64,000 nucleotides of DNA. It comes from Octopus sinensis. Lineage: Eukaryota. The DNA is taken from NCBI RefSeq assembly GCF_006345805.1, contig NC_043018.1:10106001-10170000 (forward strand), given 5' to 3'. The notes under the pieces are model-generated. The model made no database searches, had not been told where the DNA came from, and saw nothing but the letters and a program-made list of their open reading frames with translations. Made by a program: the position numbers and the translations under genes. Below, in pieces: positions 24,593 to 37,040 of the stretch (position 1 is its first letter; each line of letters begins with the position of its first letter).

Positions 24593-26861
24593 AATGAGTT
24601 TATTAATTATGAAGAAGTTATTATTGGTTTGTAAACAGAAATTCTCTTGACAACTTTTTTACTGTGGTTTGTGAACAACTGTTGTTTCTTAACTCTACAC
24701 TAAGCTAGTTAATGAAAACAAAACACTAAGCTTAATATTTTGTAGCATTTAGTTGTATCAAGCTAAGTTTTGAGATCAAATCCCTTGAAAGTACATTTGG
24801 CCTTTCTATGGTCAATAAACTATGGTCATTTACTTCAGTCAGCTTAGGATTTATCAGCCTCAGTTGGTACTTCACTGACTGTTGGCATTTGTTGATATCT
24901 CTGTTTGGCAGCTTTGGTTGGTACTTATCAGTCTTGGTTAATATTTTTGACTGACAAAGGCAGCGAGCTAGCAGAAATGTTAGCATGCCGGACAAAATGC
25001 TTAGCAGCATTTCGTCTGTCTTTACGTTCTGAGTTCAAATTCCGCAGAGGTTGACTTTGCCTTTCATCCCTTGGGGGGGGCGATATATTAAGTACCAGTT
25101 GCGTACTGGGGTCGATCTAATCGACTGCCCCCCCTCCCCCAAAAGTTTGGGCTTTCTGCCTAGAGCAGAATAGAATATTTTTGACTGACAACTTCAAAAC
25201 GTCACTGATTATCAACCTTGACTGGTACTTCACCGACTGTCAGCCTTTGTTAATATCTCTGCTTGGTAACTATAATTGGTTCTTCCTCAGCCTTGGTTGA
25301 TACCTGTGATTGACAGCCATGGTTTGGTACATCACTGAAGGGGAAAACAACTCTGATTTCTAAAGTTCTATTGTCTACAAGTTATTCTCACTTATGAAAA
25401 AGACTTTCGAAAGTAAAACATACAATAAAACCCAGAACAGGATCTCCAAAGTCAATCCACTATTACACAATTCTAGCAACTTCTTGTGGCAACACTTGTA
25501 CCAAATTATATCTTACCTTGCTTGTATTACACTAGTGAATGTTGTTGTCTATCTCAGGTTCAGCTCTGATCAAATGAACTTATAATGAATGTTCCAGATG
25601 TGACCATCCTGTCTTTTTGTATATATAATATTAAATTACCTTAAATGTCCTTCCTTCTTTAAAGAAAATAGTGAGTGATTTGAGGGGATTTAGTTTATAT
25701 CTCTAGCAGGTTCAAAGACTTCTTAGAGGCTCCCTCATAAAAACTTAACTAGTGCTGTATTAAGAAGGTAGCACCTGATATCTGAACAGCGTTGTTATTG
25801 TTTGTTGTTTGTTCCTTTTCGAGTCATGCCTGGCTCTTAGGGGCCAGTTCCCCAGTTTCATTGGCGTATAGGTTCCCCACCTGGACAGGATGCCAGTCCA
25901 TCACAGGAGAGCTGCTAGATGCAGGAGGAAAGAGTGAGAGAAAGTGGTGGTGAAAGAGTCAGCAGAAGTTTTCCATTACCTTCTGCTGGAGCCATGTGGT
26001 GTTTTGCTCATAAACACACACATCGCCTGGTCTGAGATTTGAACCCGCATCCCTCAACTGCAAATCCACTGCTCTAACCACTAGGCCATGTGCCTCCATC
26101 TGAACAGCATTAGGTTCTACAAAACAAATTCCAAAGATAGCAACACAAGAGTCCTCTAATACTCAAGAATGTTCTAGACCAGAATAATATATTGGCAGAA
26201 ATTCTGTCAAATATTCCACCAATTTTTGCCAGAAGTCAACAGGAATCATTAATATAAGATAAGAAAATGATAAGGCTGTGACCTTGACATTGAGGAGTTT
26301 GTTTGACAATCACATCATTTGGGGTTCAATTCTACTACACAGTACTTTTAATAAAATATTTTCTCCCATACCCCTGAATGACCAAAAGTCTTACAAATGA
26401 AATTGAGTTGATGGAAACTAAGAGGAAGCCTATCGGATGTTCTGTTCCTGTTGAGTTGTGGTTCTACTTTCCTGATTTTCTTTCTGTTAGTCTCAAAGAT
26501 TCTAACAAAGGTCCAGGATGCTTCCCTCCCATGCACCGATCTCAGGAGTCCTACAGGGACCATAGATGTTGCCCATCTTCATAACAGTCTTGAAGGCCCT
26601 GCAAAAAGGCTTTTTTGCTTCTACCTGCTGTCAAAGGAATCAGAAAATGGTTATGAATGTTGCCCTTCCATCCACCTGTCTCAGAGCCCCTAAAATAGTT
26701 CATCTTCTGACTCTTTCTCTTCATGTGCTTTGCCTACAGGAATTGGCAGTTGTGACCCTCCACGTTGGAGTCCAGAGATTCAGCAGTAGTTTCCTGTTGT
26801 CATCTACCTATCTATTCACAGTATCTGCAAAGGTGCCTGGTTTAGGAGTTAGGATATTTGG

Positions 26862-27152
26862 CTCGTGGCTGTGAGGTCATCAGTTCAATTCCAGGCAACA
26901 CATTGTGATCTTGAGCAAGACACTTTACTTCATGTTGCTCCAGTCTACTCAGCTGGCAAAAATAAGTAGTGTCTGTATTTCAAAGGGGCCAGCCTTGTCA
27001 CATTCTGTGCCATGCTGAATCTCCCTGAGAACTACATTAAAGGTACACGTGTCTGTGGAATACTCAACCACTTGCACATTAATTTCAAGAGCAGGCTCTT
27101 CGGTTGATTAGGTCAACTGGAACCCTCGTCGTTGTAACTGATGGAGTGCCAG
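26862..27152 (+). mobile_element. SINE family D variant (gaaccctcgtcgt.gtaac.gacggagtg tail)
   Basis: tRNA-like head and ttcaaagggccagccttgtcac...ctgagaactac.ttaagggtacacgtgtctgtgga body, shared with 29392-29720 and 30515-30892. Confidence 0.75.
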
Positions 27153-27954
27153 TTATTTACGGTTTATTTTTCTAGTCCCTTGTTCTCCTTAACTTATCCT
27201 TGAGACCCAGGACTTTTATAACTCTTAGGCAGTAGGACTGGTTCACATGACATGAAAGCATATCCCTACACAGCTGGACCTATGTAACTCATGTCTAGGG
27301 GGCCATCCCCACACCCTCTGAGTCCTGTACAACTCAAACAGTAATTGGAACCTTTGACAAGCATCACCACTCTGGGCCAGAACAGACCTGTGAGTAGTAC
27401 TGACCAAGGTGTAACTTCATACTCCCCCCCAAAAAAAACCCCCAAACCCCTCACCATTGGATGCAATTTAATGCCTTCCCCAGGACATCCTCTCATTCAC
27501 ACAAAGAATAAAAAAGGAAGAAAAAATCTGAGTCCATTATACAGCAATATTTCCCAGAAGAAACTTTTGTCTTGGAGAAGAAATGTGAACATCATTGAAT
27601 TTCATTGATCTTTCCTCATAATTATGAAATGGACCAATGTGTAAGGAATCAATACGATGCAGCACATATTGTACAAATGGTAAAGCGCCACACATAGTTT
27701 TATGATGACTGGTTTGATTGTCTTTTATTGCAGTGTTCAAATCTTGCCTGTCATCCACCCCATCTCTTGATTAATAAAATATGTTAAAATATCTACCAAT
27801 ATGATGCTGGAATTTATTCAAATCTGCAAGATGAATATTGGTGTTGTTTAACCCTAGGTAAGGATCGAATAAGTAGAAATATGATCAAAAGCATTCCAGC
27901 CTTGACCCTCTCAGCTTTTTCCAGAATGTAAGGGATCATAGGACCACATTATCT

Positions 27955-28350
27955 AACACAGGCACAGGAGTGGCTGTGTGGTAAGAAGCTTGCTTCCCAA
28001 CCACAAGGTTCTGGGTTCAGTCCCACTGCATGGCACCTTGGGCAAGTGTCTTCTTTTATAGTCCTAAGCCAACCAAAGCCTTGTGAGTGGATTTGGTAGA
28101 CAGAAACTGAAAGAAGCTTGTCATATGTATACATGTATATCTATGTGTGTGTGTGTCATTGTGTTTGTCTCTCACCACTGCTTGACAGCCAGTGCTGGTC
28201 TGTTTACATCCCCGTAACTTAGCGGTTCAGCAAAAGAGACTGATACAATAAGTACCAAGTTTAAGGGATTGATACATTTAACTTGAAAATCCTTCAAGGT
28301 GGTGCCCCAGCATGGCTGAAGTCCAATGAATGAGACAAGTAAAAGATAAA
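27955..28350 (+). mobile_element. SINE family A
   Basis: Matches 9416-9820 head, body and tail, with divergence. Confidence 0.8.
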
Positions 28351-28649
28351 GGATAATATTTTTTTGAAGTGGCAGAGTGTAATCTGAGTCAAGTTTGGCT
28401 TTTATTTCTTGCAAGGCACAGAACCACATTGAAACTTGCTCACTGGTTTCAAAAGAATGTTGCATTGTGCCAAGGTAATAAGGAATCAATAGCCAGTTGC
28501 ACAATAACCGTTTCTCTGATTCTGTTTGGTTGGACCAACAGAATAATGTTATTTGACAACAGTTCCTGTCTTTTATTGATTACAGTTCTAATTTTAGAAG
28601 CTCTGTCTGTAACCATATTCTTGCAAGAATAGATTTAACATATTTTTCC

Positions 28650-28880
28650 TTTATTTTTATTTTGCTTGTTTCAATCATTGGCCTGTGACCATTCTGGGGC
28701 CTCACCTTGAAGGGTTTAGTCGAACAAATTGACCTTAGTATTTCTTTGTTTCCTCTACGTCTGGTACTTAGTCTATCAATCTCTTTTGGGGAACTGTTAA
28801 GTTACTAGGCTGTAAACAAGCCAAACCAGTTGTCTGTTCGTGGTGGTGGACAAACAATAGCACAAAGACACACACAAAAG

Positions 28881-28925
<45 letters not shown>

Positions 28926-29092
28926 GTGCAGGCATGGCTGTGTGGTAAGAAGCTTGCTTCCTAACCACATGGTTCCAGGTTCAGTCTTACTGCGTGGTAC
29001 CTTGGGCAAGTGTCTTCTCTATAGCCTCAAAGTGACCAAAGCCTTGTGAATGGATTTGGTAGACAGAAACTGAAAGAAGCCCATTGTGTGTG

Positions 29093-29153
<61 letters not shown>

Positions 29154-29350
29154 ATTTATGTAGGTGTGTCTTTGTGTTTATCTCTATCGCCACTTGACAA
29201 TTGGTGTTGGTTTGTTTATGTTCCCTGTAACATAGCAGTTCAGCAAAAGAAATCAATAGAATAAATACAAGTTCTGGGGTCAATATGTTTCACCAGAACC
29301 CTTCAAGGGAGTTCTCCCTGATATGGCTGCAGTCCAGTGAGTGAAACAGA
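28650..29350. mobile_element. Family-A SINE 3' half (-) joined via (TA)n to a full family-A SINE (+)
   Basis: Reverse-complement tail half at ~28650-28890; forward copy from ~28925. Confidence 0.7.
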
Positions 29351-29726
29351 CATTAGCGTATGATTTGTGGGAGACTTAGCTGCTATTTCTATGAAAGCAC
29401 ATGGCTTAGTGGTTAGAATATTTATCTCACAATCGTTAGGTCATGAGTTTGATTCCAGGTGGCGCACTGAGTGCTTAAGCAAGAATTTATTTCACATTGC
29501 TTCAGTTCACTCAGCTGGCAAAAATGAGTAAAACCTGTAATTCAGAAAGCTCCCCCCCCCCCAGTCACTTTCTGTGTCATGCTGAATCTCCTTGAGAACT
29601 ACGTTAAAGGTATGTGTATCTGTGGAGTACTCAGCCACTGGGATGTAAATCTCATGAGCAGGCTGTTCTGTTGACCAGATAAACTGAAACACTTATCGTT
29701 GCAACCAATGAAATACCAGTTAAGTT

Positions 29727-30135
29727 AGCGCAGGAGTGGCTGTGTGGTAAGTAGCTTGCTTACCAACCACATGGTTCCGGGTTCATTCCCACTGTGTGGC
29801 ACCTTAGGCAAGTGTCTTCTACTATAGCCTCGGGCCGACCAAAGCCTTGTGAGTGGATTTGGTAGACAGAAACTGGAAGAAGCCCGTCGTATATATGTAT
29901 ATGTATGTGTGTATATGTTTGTGCATCTGTGTTTGTCCCCTCACCATTGCTTGACAACCAATGTTGGTGTGTTTACGTCCCCGTAACTTAGCGGTTCAGC
30001 AAAAGAGACATAGAATAAGTACTAGGCTTGTAAAGAATAAGTCCTGGGATTGATTTACTCGACTAGAAGGCGGTGCTCCAGCATGGCCGAAGTCAAATGA
30101 CTAAAACAAGTAAAAGAGAAAAGAGAAAGAGAACA
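29727..30135 (+). mobile_element. SINE family A, full length
   Basis: gcgcaggagtggctgtgtggtaagtagc...ggcggtgctccagcatggccgaagtcaaatgactaaaacaagtaaaagag. Confidence 0.85.
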
Positions 30136-30514
30136 TAAAACACGATGGGCCATGATCATGGCCATCAGGCACAGGTCGACAGGTCACGATTGTGGCCCAG
30201 ATAGATGCATTATGGGTGTTTGTTGGGGTCTAATGTCACTCAAACGCTCTGATACCCTACAGAATGCAAGAGGACTAATAGTTCAACTTATGACTTTTCA
30301 GATGATGTAAAAGTTGCCACCGTTAGATACTAAGAAGATATTTTAATTATTTTTGGTTTTTTATGTGGTGCATGGTTGTCTCATTTTCATAAATGTGCTC
30401 AGCAGTCCATGCTATGTGAGTGCAAATCCCAGTGCGTTATGGGTTAGGTTAAGCTGTTATTTCCATCAAGTTGAGCAACCATATAAACACTCCCTCATTT
30501 CAGAATCTAATTAG

Positions 30515-30892
30515 ACTTCCCTGGCCCAGTGGTTCGGGCAGCGGATTCGCGGTCATAGGATCGCGGTTTCGATTCCCAGACCGGGCGTTGTGAGTGTTTA
30601 TTGAGCGAAAACACCCAAAGCTCCACAAGGCTCCGGCAGGGGATGGTGGTGTTCCCTGCTGTACTCTTTCACCACAACTTTCTCTCACTCTTACTTCCTG
30701 TTTCTGTTGTACCTGTATTTCAAAGGGCCGGCCTTGTCACTCTCTGTGTCACGCTGAATATCTCCGAGAACTACGTTAAGGGTACACGTGTCTGTGGAGT
30801 GCTCAGCCACTTACATGTTAATTTCACAAGCCGGCTGTTCCGTTGATCGGATCAACCGGAACCCTCGTCGTCGTAACCGACGGAGTGCTTCC
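30515..30892 (+). mobile_element. Young SINE family D, full length
   Basis: ggcccagtggttcgggcagcgg...ggtttcgattcccagaccggg head (A/B-box-like); many CpGs retained. Confidence 0.8.
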
Positions 30893-31132
30893 ACATCCAG
30901 ACTTCCCTGTTCAATTCACTCTCCTTGTTTCTGGAAGCTTCTCAAAACAACCAGAAGTTCATACTTGACATGTCTATTTTACTTCATCTCACACAATTGA
31001 TGGGGTTTTTTACTTTAAAAAAAAATGAATGAAAGATCATCCATTGGTGCCACCCACTCTTTGTATTGACTCAGAGTCAGTGACTGATCCCCTAATTTGC
31101 ATTTTTCACCTGAGTATCTTTTCCTTTACCAG

Positions 31133-31266
31133 ATCCCTACGTCAAAATAACTTTATATCTGGGAAATAAACGACTGAAAAAGAAGAAGACAACCATTAAG
31201 AAACATACTTTGAATCCTTACTTCAATGAATCTTTCACATTTGAAGTTTCTTTTGAACAAATACAG
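31133..31266 (+). CDS. Syt1: Syt1 C2B alternative exon 1 ([45 protein letters not shown])
   Basis: Polypyrimidine tract + accag| acceptor; CAG|gtattt donor; 134 nt, open, phase 1/0, paralogous to 32630-32763; not in the ORF track. Confidence 0.9.
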
Positions 31267-31539
31267 GTATTTTCGTTGGGAGATCTTCAGCTGCGTCTTT
31301 TCAAGACGTCTCGCTGACTTTGGGGCTCTTACCTTGTTTCCAATGGCTTGCCATATTTGCTACATCCTTCAGCTACAAGCTCAGACTTTGTTCACATTCT
31401 TCACGATTATTCTAATCCATTTTCTTCAGCATTATTTCTTCATCGACAAATGTAGAAATCTGAACATAAAGAATTCCTTCTTTGAAACAGACTCGTTAAC
31501 GTGTCAAGTGATGAAAAATGTTACAATGACAATGATGAT

Positions 31540-31700
31540 GATAAAAAATGATGATTATGATAATGATGATGATGACAATGACGATGATGATGATAAAAAA
31601 TGATGATTATGATAATGATGATGATGACAATGACGATGATGATGATAAAAAATGATGATTATGATAATGATGATGATGACAATGATGATGATGACAATAT
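31540..31700. repeat. (GAT/GAC/AAT)n compound repeat with ~48-bp higher-order duplication
   Basis: gatgatgataaaaaatgatgattatgataatgatgatgatgacaatgac recurs three times. Confidence 0.85.
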
Positions 31701-32063
31701 TGTTGGTGTGGCAACGATAACAATGACAGCAATAAGAAGAACATTCATTTTGTAAACACTCCAAATAATGGTAATGGACAGAGAGGAATTTTGTGTTCAG
31801 ATTTCTGTGTTTATATGATATACATACATACATATATATATATATATACATATATATATGTGTGTTTGGGCTAATATTAATACAAGTATGGACTTAACGG
31901 AGGTGGCCATGGAAAGAGAGGTGAAGACGTAAGTGGTTAAAATGTATAAAAAAAACAAAGTAACATCCACAAAATGTATAAAAAAATCAAAGTAACGTCC
32001 ACAAAGGCTAATACCCCCCCCCCACTGCCCAACACACACACATGGATGTTTCTCCGGCATTAA

Positions 32064-32285
32064 TCCTTTAGCATTTAAACCAGCCATATCCAACCCAAAA
32101 ATTTCTACCTGTTTTATGTTCAAACTGGCCAGATCCAGCCTCTCACACCTATCCTACTATGTAATTCTAAAAATAAACAATCATGTCATTGGAATTTCAA
32201 ATCTACAAGAAAAAGCATAACTAATTCAAAAGAATGGGAATAAAAGAAGATTAACATTTGACAAAGAAATCTGAATACTAAAGGA
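32064..32285. mobile_element. TTAA-flanked MITE between the two C2B exons
   Basis: ttaa-tccttta...taaagga-ttaa termini. Confidence 0.55.
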
Positions 32286-32629
32286 TTAATCATTGGTTCC
32301 AAGTTATTTCTTCAAATATAACCAAATTGCAAAGAACCAAGCCACCTCTGGTCTCTGTTCACATATTTGTATTAATATAAAATTTTCTTCCAGGTTTTGG
32401 GAATTCTTCAACTAATGGCTTTTTGTTTATCTTAATCTGCTCTTTTTATTTTTTATTCCTACCAAACTTCTTCCTGATCTTACGACCCAGCAACAAGGCC
32501 ACCACTTCGTGCATGCGGTGTCTTTGTTGGTTTGTTTATGTTTTTTTTTTTTTAATCTCCGTTTTTCACCTTCTGTCTTCATGTCTCCTTCAAGCCGCTC
32601 TTCTTTGTGCTTCTCTTTTTTCAATCTAG

Positions 32630-32763
32630 ATCCTTATGTTAAGATATCTCTGATGCTAAACGGTAAAAGAATTAAGAAGAAGAAAACCACTATCAAGAAA
32701 TGTACACTGAATCCATACTACAATGAATCATTTGCGTTTGAAGTCCCCTTTGAACAAATACAG
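32630..32763 (+). CDS. Syt1: Syt1 C2B alternative exon 2 ([45 protein letters not shown])
   Basis: tctag| acceptor; CAG|gtataa donor; 134 nt, phase 1/0; polylysine motif. Confidence 0.95.
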
Positions 32764-33610
32764 GTATAAACCCTTGTCTCCCCCCCACCCCCGTCCCAAT
32801 CACCACCAATGTCTACATTACGTCTCCTTCCTCCCCCCCAGGCCCCCAACTGTTTACCTTGATTGTCATGTGATTGTAGTAGAAGTAGTAGTAGTAGTAG
32901 TAGCAGCAATGTCACATCTGAAAATGTTGCAAAACTCTTGGAATGTTGATGTGTTCTTTGATTACTTTTTGTGTTATTTTTCTGCCTTCTTAGAATTTTT
33001 TAAATGCATTCCAAACCATCAATATGGAAATGGTGCACACTTCAAGATGCATGGAAAAACATTATATATATAGCAGATTTCTTTCTTTTTTGTATATTAT
33101 TTTGTACCATTCTGTTTTTATAGTTTACAAAGACAAATTTAGAATATTGAAACATTTCTGAAAATTCTTTCAGGAATTAATATATTCTAAATTTATAAGT
33201 TTGTTTTAAAGTCCGTTCTACATTTTGAGTCATGTTTTTGTAGTGTTGTGTGCTTAAAATGTTGTCCTAATATTTCTGTCCCCATGTGTATAACTTAGTC
33301 CTAACAATTCTGTTCCTTCTGTGTGGAGTATACCAAACTGTCCTGTGTGTTTCACCAAAACCTTTCCCACTGTCTTACCTTTAAGGGTGAAGTTGTTTTT
33401 ATCTTTTTTTTCATGTCTTACCAGAGTACCCTGTCCTTTTTAGAGTTCATATATGGTTCTATACAGCACATATACGTTAGGGGTTTGCCTCATGATCACA
33501 TGGTCATGGGTTCTATTCCAGGTCTGGGCAGAGCATGGTGTTCTTGAGCAAGGTACTTCTTTTCATGCTGCTTCATGCGATGGCTAGAAGTATATTGAGT
33601 TCTTCATAAC

Positions 33611-33800
33611 CAGCTGATCTAGCAAGCGGGGCCTCATATCAGTGAGGGGGGTCGGTGCGCATTGATGCCGTCGAGAGGTAGGCCCCGAAACGGCGCACAT
33701 TCTCTCCTGATGACCCCATGCACTTGCTAGCTTCCGATATACGGAGCTTTTGACTGGTAGCACTTGCATGTGCAAGGTGTTTGCAAGACATCAGCTGAAA
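33611..33800 (+). ncRNA. Candidate structured RNA or ribozyme-like element (unassigned)
   Basis: GC/CpG-rich island with at least six complementary segment pairs and GUC, CGAAAC and CUGAUGA motifs; no canonical family fit (see findings). Confidence 0.3.
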
Positions 33801-34224
33801 TTGAGTACCAGCAGAGTACACATACAGTTCTGTCTCTCTCTCTTTCTTCCTCCCTGTAGCTGTCACATCTTTGATATTCCTCCGAGTCAACGGTGAATGG
33901 GCCAAGGAGGTACCTATGTCTGCACACAACTACACAGGCACCTAAAACAATTAATGAAAGCATGGTACACGCTACCAGTATATATTTGCTTTCCAAGTGT
34001 CAGCTACACACATATTTTTATATTGTCCTATAACTAAACTCCTATATCATTCCGTACATTTGGATCCCTACACTGTCTCATTTTTAGAACCATGTATAGT
34101 CCTGTGTTTGTTTCCATAAATTTTCCTATGCCTAAGTCCATGTTGCAGTAATACATCACTTTACAAGGACCTGTTTTATGAGACCCTGGGTTTATGAGCT
34201 TTTACATGTTTTATTTTCTGTTAA

Positions 34225-34445
34225 CCCTTTTGTTACTGTATTTATTTTGAGATGCTCTGTGTTTCCTTCAATTACTTCAAATATAACAAAGAATTTAGTA
34301 AAATAACTTGGTTATCATTCAGCTAGTGTTAGGAACAGAAATTGTGACTAAGGTTTGGTGGAAGATTTTAATTCAAAACTTATGAAAACAAGACATTTGT
34401 ACTACAGAGCCAGAGCTGGTTTCAACAGGGTTGGTGACAAAAGGG
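34225..34445. mobile_element. piggyBac-like MITE
   Basis: TTAA|CCCTTTTGT...ACAAAAGGG|TTAA; related copies at ~42955-43290 (inverted), ~45550-45990 and ~49963-50172. Confidence 0.7.
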
Positions 34446-34512
34446 TTAATGAGCTTTCCTTAATGAGCGTTCTCCAAAAACAAATTAACGTGTGTTAATT
34501 TGTGTGTGTGTG

Positions 34513-34610
34513 TATAATTTAGAAAAAAACCTCTATTAAACAATTCAATAAAGAAAGATGTTATTCACTCCATATAGAATTGTTTAATAGAGGTTTTTCT
34601 CTAAATTATA
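34513..34610. repeat. Inverted repeat, 34-bp arms
   Basis: 34513-34546 vs 34577-34610, 1 mismatch. Confidence 0.85.
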
Positions 34611-34769
34611 TACATATATTATATATTGTGAAATTTGATTGAGAATTGCTAAATTGAATTTTTTTTCCCTGTAAGTTTGGAATTATATTCCCTACTATTA
34701 TTAATATTATTATATATATGTGTGTGTGTACAATGAGACTGTGTGTGTGTATTCAATAAGATTTCAATG

Positions 34770-34800
<31 letters not shown>

Positions 34801-34801
34801 A

Positions 34802-35120
34802 GACACCCGTACCGGTGACACATAAAAAGCACCGTCCAAACGTGGAAGATGCCAGCGCCACCTGGCTGGCGTCCGTGTCGGTGAGATATAAAAGCACCAA
34901 CCGATCGTGGTCATTTGACAGCCGGCTCTGGCCCCTGTGCCAGTGGCACGTAAAAAACACCCACTACACTCAGAGAGTGGTTGGTGTTAGGAAGGGCATC
35001 CAGCTGTAGAAACACTGCCAAATCAGACTAGAGCCTGGTGCAGCCTCCATGACTTACCAGACCCAGGTCGAACCGTCTAACCCATGCTAGCATGGAAAAC
35101 GGATTTTAAATAATAATGAT
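34802..35120 (+). mobile_element. SINE-like family C
   Basis: Shared aggaagggcatccagctgtagaaa core and cccatgctagcatggaaa tail. Confidence 0.75.
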
Positions 35121-35459
35121 ATATATATATATATATATTGTCCTATATTCAGTCTGATATGCTGTCCTGTCTTTAACCTTCTCCATTGTCCTCTATTTGA
35201 CTAAATATGTTGTCCTATTTCTGAGTCCACATATTGTCCTATTTCTTCATCCCTATATTTATTGCCCTGTGTTTGGCTGAATTTATTATCCTATTTTTGA
35301 CTTCCTATATATATATACAACTGATTCCACAAGATTTTACTCCAGATGGTGTCTGCATGCACATATATATAAAATATTATATGAGTAAGATGGAGTGTGA
35401 ACATAGAAAATCAATTTACCCACATAATATCTCTAAAATTGTCTCTAAAATATCTCTAA

Positions 35460-36060
35460 AATTGTCAAGAAGGCCGAGGGTGTCTTGGCATCACTCAGCA
35501 AGACTTTTGTTAGCCGCTCTCCAGCCATCTATTTAAAACTGTATACAGCTATGGTACGACCACACTTGGAATTCGCATCATCAGTTTGGAATCCCTATCT
35601 TGCTCAGAACATTGACCTCCTGGAATCTGTCCAGAGACGTGCAACCAAACGCATACCCTCCATCAGACACCTACCATATTCTGAGCGCCTTGTTTCCCTG
35701 GGCATGGATTCACTGAAGCTCCGGCGTCTGGCGACGGACTTGGTGAACACCCACAAGGTTATCAACCACCTCACCAACAACAACACTGAACACCTTTTTG
35801 ATCTCCATGTGTCTAACACACGTGGACATGCCTACAAAGTTAGAAAACAGCACAGCTCCCATGACTTTCGGAAACATTTTTTCACGCTCAGGGTTGCTGA
35901 AGCGTGGAATAAACTGCCTGCATCAGTTGTTGACTGCCATGACACTGCATCCTTTAAGGCCCTCATGCTTCCCGAAATCTGTCGAAACTACACCTGATTA
36001 TATATACACTTTAGATGAGTTGTAGTGCACCTGAGCACTGTACACAATTATTATTATTAT
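35460..36060 (+). mobile_element. CR1/L2-group LINE 3' fragment (ORF2 C-terminus)
   Basis: LKLYTAMVRPHLEFASSVWNPY...LESVQRRATKRIP..RHLPYSERL..LGMDSLKLRR...TRGH...FFTLRV..WNKLP; (TTA)n tail. Confidence 0.9.
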
Positions 36061-36284
36061 TATTTTTAAATAGCAGGCAATTTCATGTCAGCTATGCAAG
36101 TTTTCATTCTTATAACGACCACTGCAACTTCATAAGTGTTAAGCACTGATGTCAAAGACGAACCACCAACAGACACCAATGCTAACACAAATTAACAAAT
36201 TCCAGGAAAATTAATCAATATTGACCTAAATTAATTTATTCTTGGATGAAATGAATCCCTGTTGAAAGAGCAACTTCTTTCCAT

Positions 36285-36290
36285 TTGAAA

Positions 36291-36350
<60 letters not shown>

Positions 36351-36379
36351 CATATACATATATATATATACACACACAC

Positions 36380-36416
<37 letters not shown>

Positions 36417-37040
36417 CATATATATATATATACATGTATATATATATATATATACATGTATATATATATATATATATACATACATATATATATATATACA
36501 TACATACATATACATATACATACATGCATATATATATATATATACATACATACATATATACATACATGCATATATATACATACATATATATATATATGTA
36601 TATATATATATACACATGCATACATACATATTATATTTATATATATATATATATATATACATGCATACATATATATACATACATACATATATATACATAC
36701 AAATACATACATACATATACATACATACATATATATACATACATTTATATAGATATATATACATACATATATAAACATATATACATACATATATATATAT
36801 ACATACATATATATAGATATATATACATACATATATAAACATATATATACATACATATATAGACATACATATATAGACATACATATACATTCATATATAG
36901 ACATACATATGCATACATATATATATATACATACATATACATATATACATAAAAACATATACATACATATATACATACATTTATATACATATACATATAT
37001 ACATACGTATATATACATACATATATATACATATATATAT
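36285..37040. repeat. Long (TA/TACA)n compound microsatellite
   Basis: Read directly. Similar tracts at 770-990, 2830-3150, 38090-38460, 53870-54320 and 60365-60810. Confidence 0.95.

Noticed and set aside
26470-26860. GC-balanced stretch possibly from a retroelement
   Set aside because: No recognisable motif in the frames I translated.
30515-30590. tRNA gene (similarly 9416-9490 and 19145-19230)
   Set aside because: A/B-box-like heads run directly into SINE bodies present in many copies; I could not build a complete cloverleaf.
33619-33730. Canonical HDV-like ribozyme, canonical hammerhead, or C/D snoRNA assignment
   Set aside because: The segment between the putative P2 and P1 strands (26 nt) is too long for an HDV P3/L3; hammerhead stem II is not closed; box C/D positions do not fit. 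Kept only as an unassigned candidate.
36231-37032. Long Y/I/M/C/V/H-rich ORFs (also at 698-1110, 2807-3383, 37874-38657, 53718-54422, 60312-60918)
   Set aside because: Translations of (TA)n/(TACA)n microsatellites; not protein-coding.
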